Part shown: positions 53,197 through 64,000 of the stretch, one piece after another
Layout: the number at the start of each line of letters is the position of its first letter
Position numbering within the stretch: position 1 is the stretch's first letter
From: Nitrosopumilaceae archaeon
GTDB lineage: Archaea > Thermoproteota > Nitrososphaeria > Nitrososphaerales > Nitrosopumilaceae
Assembly (NCBI GenBank): GCA_965207375.1
Contig: CBDBMG010000002.1
Coordinates: 713,749-777,748 of the forward strand
Length of the DNA: 64,000 bases
Direction: 5' to 3'
The notes under the pieces: generated by a model
Told to the model about the DNA's origin: nothing
What the model saw: only the letters and a program-made list of their open reading frames with translations
The model's database searches: none
Position numbers and translations under genes: made by a program

Positions 53197-54832
53197 TCTG
53201 CTTTAGTTTTAACTGAATACAATTGTTGATGTTAGCTTATTTATACTGTTATCACATAATGACATTGGCATAATTTCATGCTTAGTCATACTGTGAATAA
53301 TATTGTGGGGTATAAATGAGTGTGCATTGTCATGCCATAGTATATTGGCATGCATATGAATAATCTTCTATTACTAGTGCATATTCACCTTATTAATAAT
53401 ATTACTGGCATAATTTTATGCATTGTGGGCTATTGGCATAATAATATTATATCATGCATTGTCGTATTAGCTACTAGGTGGTAGCCTTGTGAGAATAGTA
53501 TGGGTTTCATAAGTCATACTGTTGTATAATACAGGCTGTGCCTTCACCCCCATATTATATTAATAACTATATAGTGAGTCATTAGTGACATACGCCGGTA
53601 GTAGAATTTGCAAGAGTAATGAACATGCATTCAAGGCGCATGCAACTGCATTAATATTTTAGAGCTTGCCAAAGTCACCGGATATCCAGAAGACTATCAA
53701 CTGGTCACTGAGCAGTGATTAGTGATTAAACATTGGGTGCCACTAAAGAAAGTTAATAGCAAGTATGCTATGGTACTCTAATAGTTTAGTGCATTTGTTT
53801 TTTGGAGAGGGTGTGATACAGCCTGAGCCATAGTCACTGACAGTGGCAAATATTGTACAAAAATATTTATTAGTGATGGCGATGGCTTCCAGAGTACTTG
53901 GTTAGGTTAGTCTACGAGACTATACGTTTTTGGCGACGGTTCAGTGTTGAGTTCCAGTGGTTACTGTTACGCTTCAGTTTCCTCTCCGGCTATAGGATGT
54001 GTGAAAGACACAGCTGAATATATAGAGATATAATAAACGAAACAGCGCACACAATCAGTAAGTTTCAAACCTACAATCGACAATCCGGAATTTTTTGTGG
54101 ACATATACAAAACATCCAAATTATTGTCAGCTTAAAAACTTGAAAACCATTTGTTGATATACACAATGCATTGCTGTGACTGCATTTGATACTAACAATG
54201 TGCATATTGAATAATGTATTGCAATGCATCACAGTTTTGATCCTATCTCTAAGACTTAGCTAGTTTACTTGAATACTTAGTCCAACAATATTATTCATGG
54301 TATGACAATGCACACCAGTAATCATACTATTGTCACTACACTATATAGTCAGCATAAATTAATTAATTTGATAATATTATGCACTGTAATATTATGTACT
54401 AGCAATTGTCACCTTCTTATCATACCATGAATATAATATTGTGTGTTATAATAGTATGATTACTGGTGTGCATTGTCATACCATGAATATATTTATATAA
54501 TTTATCCCTATAACACACACCAGTAATCATACTATTACTACACTATATAGCTAGCTAGTCAGCATAAATTAATTAATTTGATAATATTATGCACTGTAAG
54601 TGTGTCAGCATAAATATTGTCACCTTGTTACTGGCCTGACTGTCAAAATGGTACTCTTGATAGTATAAATAGCATGCATCCACCCCTACCCACACACGTA
54701 CACACAAACACACTTGCATGCACACCACATGCATAGGTATACGTGCATGCACATACGTACACTCAGGCACACACATACACGCACGCACACGCACACACAC
54801 ACACGCACGCACGCACACTCAAACATACACAC

Positions 54833-55824
54833 ATGCTAGTCACTAGGGATATCCCTACCAGTTACCATTCAATGTTTATCCCCATGGTGACACAGTGTAA
54901 CCATGGTGATTAGAGATATACACCTAATGCAAGATACAAATGTTTATGTACATGTGTAATATGTATATTGTTTTTGAATAATGATTAGTGACAAACTTCA
55001 GCTATGGGGTACTAGAGAGCTTAGGTCATAAAACAGTCAGTGTGCAGGGTGGACAATTAAGCTATTTTCATATAGCTGTCCATCACTCACACTGTCTGCT
55101 CTATGACATATGCTCATGATCAGAGGCCACGGACTACAGGAAGTTAAGGACTACACAGCTACTAAACATGAGAAATGATCATGTTGATGTTTCATCATGT
55201 AACCTTCTTATCTTACTCCGCAGGTATATATGCAGTCGAAACAACTGTACATGTTTTCCAATGGACTTAACGTCCCCATAAATTAATTATGTCACCCCCC
55301 ATGACCACTATATATTGCCCAACCATTACATTTATAGGCTGCAGCTGTTTCAACTGCATACCTGCAAAGAAAGATATTATATAATGAAATATCATCGTCA
55401 CAACATATAATTATTTCTCGTGTTCAGTAGGTAGGTCTCCTGATTTCCTGTAGTCTGTGGCCTCTGATCATGAGCATATGTCATAGAGCAGACGGTGTGA
55501 GCGGTGGACAGCTATATGAACATAGCTTAATTGTCCATCCCTGCACACTGACTGTTTTATGACCTAGGCTCTCTGGCACCCCATAGCTGAAGTTTGTCAC
55601 TAATCAGTAAACAACAATATTCAACAAAAAAAACATACATATAAGGATTAACAAAAGGTTGTGATTAACTAATCAAGCAAAGGAATATGTATGGCTGGGC
55701 AAACAGTGTACATACACCCCTGCATAGCATATGATACACAACATGTAGGTAAATTGCATTAGGGTATATCTCTAATCACCATTGTTACCATGGGGATAAA
55801 CATTGAATGGTGACTGATTAGCAT
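54833..55824. mobile_element. ~1-kb fold-back element, copy 1
   Basis: 54833-55240 mirrors 55345-55824, with identity falling toward the centre (~55292). An inverted near-identical copy lies at 63178-64000. Confidence 0.85.
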
Positions 55825-56609
55825 AAGTGTATTGATTAATCACTATCGCGAATACTCTTATAGAACAATCAGATACTTTAGTAAAACAGTAAAATAGTTC
55901 ATTAAAGCAAAGTGTACTCAGCCAGCTAGTTGAGGTTACACCATTGTATTATACACATTCATGAGAATGGTACAGTAGTTGTTACATAAGCTCAATTGCT
56001 GCAATAGCTAAAACTATTGTGTATGGAAATGCTAAATTACACTGATAGCATAATTTATTGACTATCGTGATAGTATCGTGTATCGTGAATAGCTTACAAC
56101 TATCAATCGTGATAGTGATTTTACCACTATTGCTCAGCCCTAGTGTGTGTATCCCCGAGTGTATGTGCATGCACGTATACCTGTGCATGCATGCAAGTGT
56201 GTTTGTGTGTACGTGTGTGGGTAGGGGTGGATGCATGCTATTTATACTATCAAGAGTACCATTTTGACAGTCAGGCCAGTAACAAGGTGACAATATTTAT
56301 GCTGACACACTTACAGTGCATAATATAATTAATTTATGCTGACTAGCTAGCTATATAGTGTAGTAATAGTATGATTACTGGTGTGTGTTATAGGGATAAA
56401 TTATATAAATATATTCATGGTATGACAATGCACACCAGTAATCATACTATTACAACACACAATATTATATTCATGGTATGACAATACACACCAGTAATTA
56501 TATACAGCCCACAATATTATTCATGGTATGACAATGCACGAAATTATGCCAATGTCATTATGTGATATAACAGTATAAATAAGCTAACATTCAACAAGTT
56601 TCAGTTTAA

Positions 56610-57318
56610 CCCTTTAACCCGCAAAATATTAATAAAACTTTTGCATAGAATCTGCAAACTATTTTGCTTTTCACGCAAGCTGTAAAAGGATTTTTTAAAG
56701 GGCCCAGCAATGGCCTGGCACGAAGCGCATGCACTATTTGTTATACACAAAACAAATCTACGATTTATAAGCTATCTAAATATCTAAACAATTATATTAT
56801 ACGTATAAAAACTCACTGGTTAAGAAGCGATAAACAGCGCTGCTTGTTTTTTGTCGAAATCTAGTTCGGCTTCCACCGCACGGTCCGCCATTTTTTTAAA
56901 TATCGATAACCGATATTTCATCAGATAGTTGCGGCCAGTATACTGGCCTTTGCGTTTTCGGTGCAGAATCACGTGAGGAACAAGATGGATGCCAGCAGAA
57001 CTCCGTACGACCAACGACGGCCGAGTTATGGCCGATTTTATGGCCCCATGTAGTGAAAACGATGAAGAAAGGTTCCTTTTGTTTGTTTTGAGCCTTCCTG
57101 AGGATGGATGCTTTTAACGGAGATTTTTGCCGATGCGACCATTCTATACAGAATTTAATGGTGAGTAATAATAAATAAAAACTGTTATTCTAGGCCTTAC
57201 AAGATTGAAACTATGGGAGTTTGTTTGGTTGTGTGTAGTTGCGGCCAGTATACTGGCCTTTGCGTTTTCGGTGCATTGCGTAAAGTGGCCAGTATACTGG
57301 CCTTTGCAGGTTTAAGGG
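56610..57318. mobile_element. Non-autonomous piggyBac element
   Basis: TTAA|CCCTTTAACC...GGTTTAAGGG|TTAA; internal repeats GGCCAGTATACTGGCCTTTGC; absent upstream of pogo copy A. Confidence 0.92.
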
Positions 57319-57328
57319 TTAAAGCAGA

Positions 57329-59663
57329 ATGTCATCAAAAAAGACACCGAGATCATCTAAATGCGATACACTCCTGTCCAGAAGCATAATCAAGAGACCC
57401 TTCAAGAAGCGACTACAATGGTCAAAGCAGGCAATGTTGGATGCAATGAAAGCCGTACAAGATGGGTCGCCTATTACAACAGCAGCAAGGGTACACGGTG
57501 TGCCAAAGACATCTTTGCACGATAGAATAAAGGGAAGAGTCGTCCATGGAGTAAAGCCAGGGCCTAAGCCGTATTTGAGTGCGGAGGAGGAAACAGAGTT
57601 AGCAGAGTTTGCAATTGAAGCTGCTTCTGTCGGCTGTGGACAAACAAGGAAACAAATAATGACAATAGCAGAAAATGTTGCAAAGGATAAAGGCACCTTG
57701 CAGAAGGATAGAATTAGTACAGGATGGTATGACAAATTTATGAAAAGACAGACCTACCTTTCACTTCGCAAAGGAGATCCTGCTGCAAATGATAGGATGG
57801 ATGCGGTTACATCACAGGCAATTAAACATTACTTTAATTTATTGGAGAAAACCCTGAAAGACAATAACCTACTAAACAAACCTGCTCAAATCTACAATGT
57901 CGATGAAACTGGGATGGCTTACGAACACTGTCCGCCAAAGGTGGTCACTCTAAAGGGGCAAAAAAAGGTGAAAAGCCGCACTTCTGGAAATAAAGCTCAA
58001 ACAACGGTAGTGGCTTGTGTTAATGCGATCGGTCAGGCCATCCCACCCTATGTAATATACAATGCTAAAACTTTAAATCCAGAATGGATGAAAGATGGGC
58101 CCCCTGGTACAAAATATGCTCGCAGTGAAAATGGGTGGATCGACACTGATCTATTTGAGCATTGGTTTAACAATCACTTCCTAACGCATGCTGTATCCAG
58201 CAGGCCACTCCTACTGATCTTAGATGGGCACAAGACACATTATCAGCCTAAAGTTTGCCAGGAAGCTAAAAAACGCAAAGTGATAATCTTCTGTCTTCCC
58301 CCCCATTCTACGCACGTATCCCAGCCCCTGGATACGTGCGTGTTTAAGCCATTAAAAACAGAGTGGAATAAGGCTACACATATGTTTCAATCAAAAAACC
58401 CTGGGGTACAGATCACAAAATATAATTTTCCAAGGCTATTAAAGGAGGCATGGGAGAATGCTATGCTTTCAAACAACATTTGTGCAGGCTTTAGGAATGC
58501 TGGCATTTACCCCCTTAATAAGGACAAATTGCGGCCGACAATTGAAAATGATGAGCTGCTCACAGGTATATTTATAAATGAGTAAATTCAACTAACGGTA
58601 CATATGTGTACATACTTAGACAGTGATTCTGATGAATCTGATCCTCCTTCCATTCATGGTGATGTCATTGATGACAATTGTTCCTGTGATATCAGCGACG
58701 TGGAAGCCTGCAGTGACGAGTACCTGGAAAATGAAGAATTGTTCAATAGGCGATACGAAGAAGGATACAACATTTACAGTGAGCCCTATGCTAAATGGCT
58801 GCTAAAAAACCACCCTAAAGAAACTCCAACTGATTGGATAACACGTCTAAACAAAATAGAAAAAGGTATTTTTAAATGGATAACCTTAGTAAAAATTGTG
58901 ACACATACATATGTACATATATACATTTACACATATGTGTGTGGTTTCAGGTGTCACAAAATCAAAAGGCTTTAAAAACAGCTCAGTGCATAGTGATAAT
59001 TTGATGGTACCCCATGGCAGCCAGCAAAGTGACATAACCTTAGAGGAGGGAGGAGATGCCAATGAGCAACTGTACCAAAAGCGGTTTGAGGAGGGATATG
59101 ATATCTATGATGAGGAATATGTAAAATGGTTAATGACAAACCATCCTAACGATGTCCCGAGTGAATGGCTTACAGAGGTTTCTTCATCTTCAATGATGCC
59201 AGCTACCACTACAGCCTCACAACCTGACAAGTCCACAAAATCTGACAAAATAGTTCTTAACCCAAGAAAAAGATTACGAGCTTATGATACAAAACCAGGG
59301 GGACCCGAGGATACTGGAAACTATATTTCTAAATACTTGCAAGAAAAAGACAAACAAAAGGAAGAGAGGGAGAAGAAAAAGGCAGAAAAGATGGCAGCCA
59401 CTAAGAAGGATACTGGCCTAAAGAAGATGACTACACAAGAAGCCTCTGTAAAGTCAACAAATGAGAAAACAAGAAAGGGTAAAGGAAAGGCTACCGTAAA
59501 AGACACAAGAAATTTGGATACCTGTCCCATATGTATGCAATCGTTTCAGAAGGTGCACTATGATATGGGAGATTGGATAGAATGCCACTGCAAACAGTGG
59601 ATTCACGAGGACTGTATCAATTATGTATTTACTGAACCTTTTATCTGTCCAAAATGTTTATAA
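57329..59663 (+). CDS. pogo-family DD35D transposase with C-terminal PHD, copy B (exons 57329-58565, 58620-58865, 58951-59663; 731 aa)
   Basis: Same motifs as copy A with a complete DDE domain; spliced length 2196 nt is open; in-frame deletions in exon 3. Confidence 0.88.
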
Positions 59664-61491
59664 ATCTGTGATAAATTTTGTAGTGTTCCTTATAACTTAT
59701 ATTTTTGGTTTAGTTTTGAATATACGTAACATGCAACAGCTACAAGTGATGGAATAAAGGTGATGGCATGTACTAACTAGCTAATAACATAAATACAACT
59801 TAATATCAAGATGTATATATACATCAACAGTAAAGTAATATAATACCAAAATTTGCATTATAGTATGTTGGTGGTGGTGGACAAGAAATGAATGTTTAGT
59901 TTGGAATGGCTTTTCAGGTACAGTGCCACCAACTACATTGTTATTTTGTTGGGCATGGAAATGCGCCACATTATTATCCATTTTACTGGTTTGGCAGATA
60001 GTCAAAATCGATATGATTTTGTTTACAGTAACACAGAAAACCTGTTATTTTACCAATTTGGCACTGGAAGGTGTGCACGAAAGCGCTAGCCTATAGGATG
60101 TGCTTAAAGCCATAGGGATTGAACCTGCAAGGCCATCTGGATTCCGACCAGGCTCCGCACTCAGTGGTCCAGTCTGAAGGGGCTACCTAAGGGCAAATGG
60201 TAATGGCTTTTGTAATAATAGAGGATTCTGTGATCACTTTAATAGTTTCTTATTAAATCCCTCCACTAGGCACTGACAGGTTTTTTAGATGCCATCCCTA
60301 CTGTAGATACGTATAGTTTATGCGCTAGATGGTTAGCAACTACAATAAAAAGTGATGGTGTGCATTATTAAAAATTAATATAATAAACCGATATACAATA
60401 TACACATATACTATATAAACACATCAAATTAAAGGTTCAAATACCTGCTATAGTGGTAATTCAAGCTAGACTGTATCTAGTGTATGACCCCATAACTCGG
60501 ACCCATAATCGAAAATTTCAATGATTTTAACATTACTCTCTAATAAAACAGTCTTTAGCGCTTCTATTACCCGTGGTACTTCTTACAAGGAAAGAGAAGC
60601 TTGATATAAACAATGTAAGACTTTATAAACATTTAAATAATCGTCATAAATGTTGATCATATCAGATCGTGCGTTAGAATGACTGCAGTGAAGATATAGT
60701 TGAGAAAAGTTCCATAATAAATGTAATACCCCAGAAATGCTTGTATGGATTCTCGTTCGTTTTTCTAAGATCTGCAGCTAAAGAGGTTCTAAATGAATTT
60801 AATTAGCAAGGCACTGGTTAATTTGTGGTCTATTTATAAGCCAATGAATTTTAGGGGTCGATATTTGATAACTTGCGCTACTGTATAGCCTAAAATTTTT
60901 GAGGGTGAATCGAAATTTTGCATGAATTAGTGGATTTTGCAATTGTAGCTGCCTAAATACGTAAAATTTTTGTGGATAACAGAAGCACAGTATTGAATTA
61001 CATCAGACCATATATAACAGCATGGAAAAACAAAGTGAATTGGATGAAATTAAATAGTTCGCGATCGGTTTCACCACCTTTGTGCCTTGCTGTGGTTATA
61101 AGTGTTGCATTGTGGTGGGCAATAAGTAGACATGTAATTAAACACACATGCATACTGACTTCCCAGACAAAAGGAACTTCAAGAAACCAGGCATGTGCCT
61201 GGTTTTAAAGGTCAACTGACATGGAAAATTGACTTGTGCTTATAATGTAGCTTAGTGATAGTAATGAAGATTGACATGTGTGATTTGGTGATATTCCGCT
61301 TGGTTTAGCAACTACAGCAGTTTAAAAACATTGTGGTTTGTGACATCATGAAACATCATACAACGTCATACCGAGAATAAGGACACGCGCATTTGTATTG
61401 AAATGTATGGAGTTACACGTTTCCTTAAACTGATTTTCAGTGAAGGACCTTGGTGAAGGGTCCCTAGCATTATAGATCGATTATCACACTT

Positions 61492-62475
61492 AACACATGG
61501 CTGTCCAGGACCTTATCGACAGCAAGATAGACTGTGGTGAATCTAGTACCGATGGAAGGGTAAAGGCACGGCGATACACGATTTTGGGCATAGGTAAGTG
61601 TATTATTGTCTGTGCTTAGCCATACATAGTCGAGGTGCGTAGCGCTCTAAGCGGCTTAGCCATGCTTATGGCTTAGTATATCGTGCGTGTTTCGTGTTTC
61701 GCAAACCTTAGTATACCTATGATGTATTTATAAATCATTTCATAATGTATTGTTTCCAATTGATGCACACCCACCTGTTAAAGTACCGCAGTCATATTAA
61801 CAGCACTGATAGAGGAGATCCTAACAATGTGATCTTGATACAAAGCAAAAACCAGGGGTGTAAAAAAGTGTGAGGCCAATCATAAGCAGAATTGCAAACA
61901 GACAGGTGCAACCAAAAGCTTTGATATCAGCTGAGGCCAGGAATAAGTGTACAATAGTTTATTGCATACTTTCACAAGTATGATTGGCTTTGTCACGTTG
62001 GCCACCTTTATAATAGTTTAGGTGGACATGTAACAAAGCCAATCATTCTTGATGTATTCAGCTGATATCAAAGTTTTTGGTTGCACCTGCCAGTTTGTAA
62101 TGCTGCTTCTGATTGGCCTCGCACTTTAGATAGTGATGGTAAGTGTTCAAGCAGTGTTGTTGTACTGATTTATTACCCACTAGGTGGCCCGAGCATCTTC
62201 AATCAATACGACTGGTCATGATATTGATGGTAAGTGTTCAAGCAGTGTTGTTATATTTGATTTAATGCCCAATAGGTGGACTTGTACCGATGTGTGTTCA
62301 ATCAGTACTAGTGCGACTGATCATGATACTGATGGTAAGTGTTCAAGCAGTGTTGTTGTATTGATTTATTACCCACTAGGTGGCCCGAGCATCTTAAATC
62401 AGTACGACTAGTCATGATATTGATGGTAAGTGTTCAAGCAGTGTTGTTGTACATATCCAGAAATCCCCATACATT
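61492..62475 (+). repeat. Direct repeat copy 2, with a tandem array of GATGGTAAGTGTTCAAGCAGTGTTGT-containing units
   Basis: Matches 48725-49411. The motif occurs once in copy 1 and four times here (~62135, 62227, 62332, 62422). Confidence 0.92.
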
Positions 62476-62896
62476 GGATTTTGGAAAACAGACCATTTTG
62501 TCACATTTGACATTTATATTTCTGTTTATTTAAGACACTCCAGATGGTACTACTGGTTAAATCAATCACACACAACTTGAATTACTATTTAAGCATTGGA
62601 AATAGTTTGGAAGAATGTACTTGTTAAAATTACAAATGCATACACATGGAGTTCTATCTATTTCACGCGTGACAATATGGTATATGTTTTCCAAAATCTG
62701 GTCACAAATATGTCTTGTATATATAGCATCTTTTGTAAGGCTGTTATTTCTCAGTGATTTCTAAATTAAAACTTACGCTAGTTATAATCTTGTGTAATAA
62801 AATGGATATCAGTTTTTGCGCAAAAGTGGAGGGTTTTCGCAGAGCTGGTCACATATGCTGCCGGACACTTCATCAAGGATACCTTTAGAGTACATA

Positions 62897-63177
<281 letters not shown>

Positions 63178-64000
63178 GCTAGTCAGTCACCATTCAATGT
63201 TTATCCCCATGGTAACAATGGTGATTAGAGATATACCCTAATGCAATTTACCTACATATTGTGTATCATATGCTATGCAGGGGTGTATGTACACTGTTTG
63301 CCCAGCCATACATATTCCTTTGCTTGATTAGTTAATCACAACCTTTTGTTAATCCTTATATGTATGTTTTTTTTGAATATTGTTGTTTACTGATTAGTGA
63401 CAAACTTCAGCTATGGGGTGCCAGAGAGCTTAGGTCATAAAACAGTCAGTGTGCAGGGATGGACAATTAAGCTATGTTCATATAGCTGTCCACCGCTCAC
63501 ACCGTCTGCTCTATGACATATGCTCATGATCAGAGGCCACAGACTACAGGAAATCAGGAGACCTACCTACTGAACACGAGAAATAATTATATGTTGTGAC
63601 GATGATATTTCATTATATAATATCTTTCTTTGCAGGTATCATATGCAGTTGAAACAGCTGCAGCCTATAAATGTAATGGTTGGGCAATATATAGTGGTCA
63701 TGGGGGGTGACATAATTAATTTATGGGGACGTTAAATCCATTGGAAAACATGTACAGTTGTTTCGACTGCATATATACCTGCGGAGTAAGATAAGAAGGT
63801 TACATGATGAAACATCAACATGATCATTTCTCATGTTTAGTAGCTGTGTAGTCCTTAACTTCCTGTAGTCCGTGGCCTCTGATCATGAGCATATGTCATA
63901 GAGCAGACAGTGTGAGTGATGGACAGCTATATGAACATAGCTTAATTGTCCACCCTGCACACTGACTGTTTTATGACCTAAGCTCTCTAGTACCCCATAG
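63178..64000. mobile_element. Fold-back element copy 2 (inverted; runs off the window)
   Basis: Reverse complement of ~55000-55824, including the same central spacer. Confidence 0.9.

Noticed and set aside
60095-60175. tRNA-like sequence on the minus strand (GGTTCAATCC B-box)
   Set aside because: No convincing acceptor stem, D-arm or A-box; at most a decayed SINE head.
61205-61490. Possible Kolobok end TTAA|AGGTCAACTGACATG
   Set aside because: Only one end visible.
62135-62450. CRISPR-like repeat-spacer look of four GATGGTAAGTGTTCAAGCAGTGTTGT motifs
   Set aside because: The intervening segments are homologous to each other (tandem duplication), the context is eukaryotic and there are no cas genes.

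Overview
AT-rich eukaryotic DNA with short (~50 bp) GT-AG introns, probably an invertebrate such as a sponge (inference). It consists almost entirely of nested transposable elements, and I found no intact host gene, rRNA, convincing tRNA or CRISPR array. Main contents: (1) a decayed Gypsy LTR retrotransposon (360-9219) split in its protease by a non-autonomous hAT, which carries an apparently intact ISL2EU element (THAP-DDE transposase plus SAP-SWIM-YqaJ gene); (2) a long-TIR MULE whose transposase appears to be spliced in frame to a multi-exon Ulp1/SENP SUMO-protease domain; (3) several Helentron-associated (HINE/DINE-1-like) elements, one family ending in a copy-specific ~150-bp fold-back; (4) an 8.1-kb hAT-like unit with three termini, LINE fragments and a Tudor-like transposase tail; (5) a second, internally deleted ISL2EU; (6) a ~9-kb imperfect palindrome carrying two divergent, still-open DD35D pogo-PHD genes around a central fold-back; (7) many MITEs and microsatellites, and an orphan SART3-like RRM gene fragment. 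Family assignments come from motif recognition by eye, not database searches.
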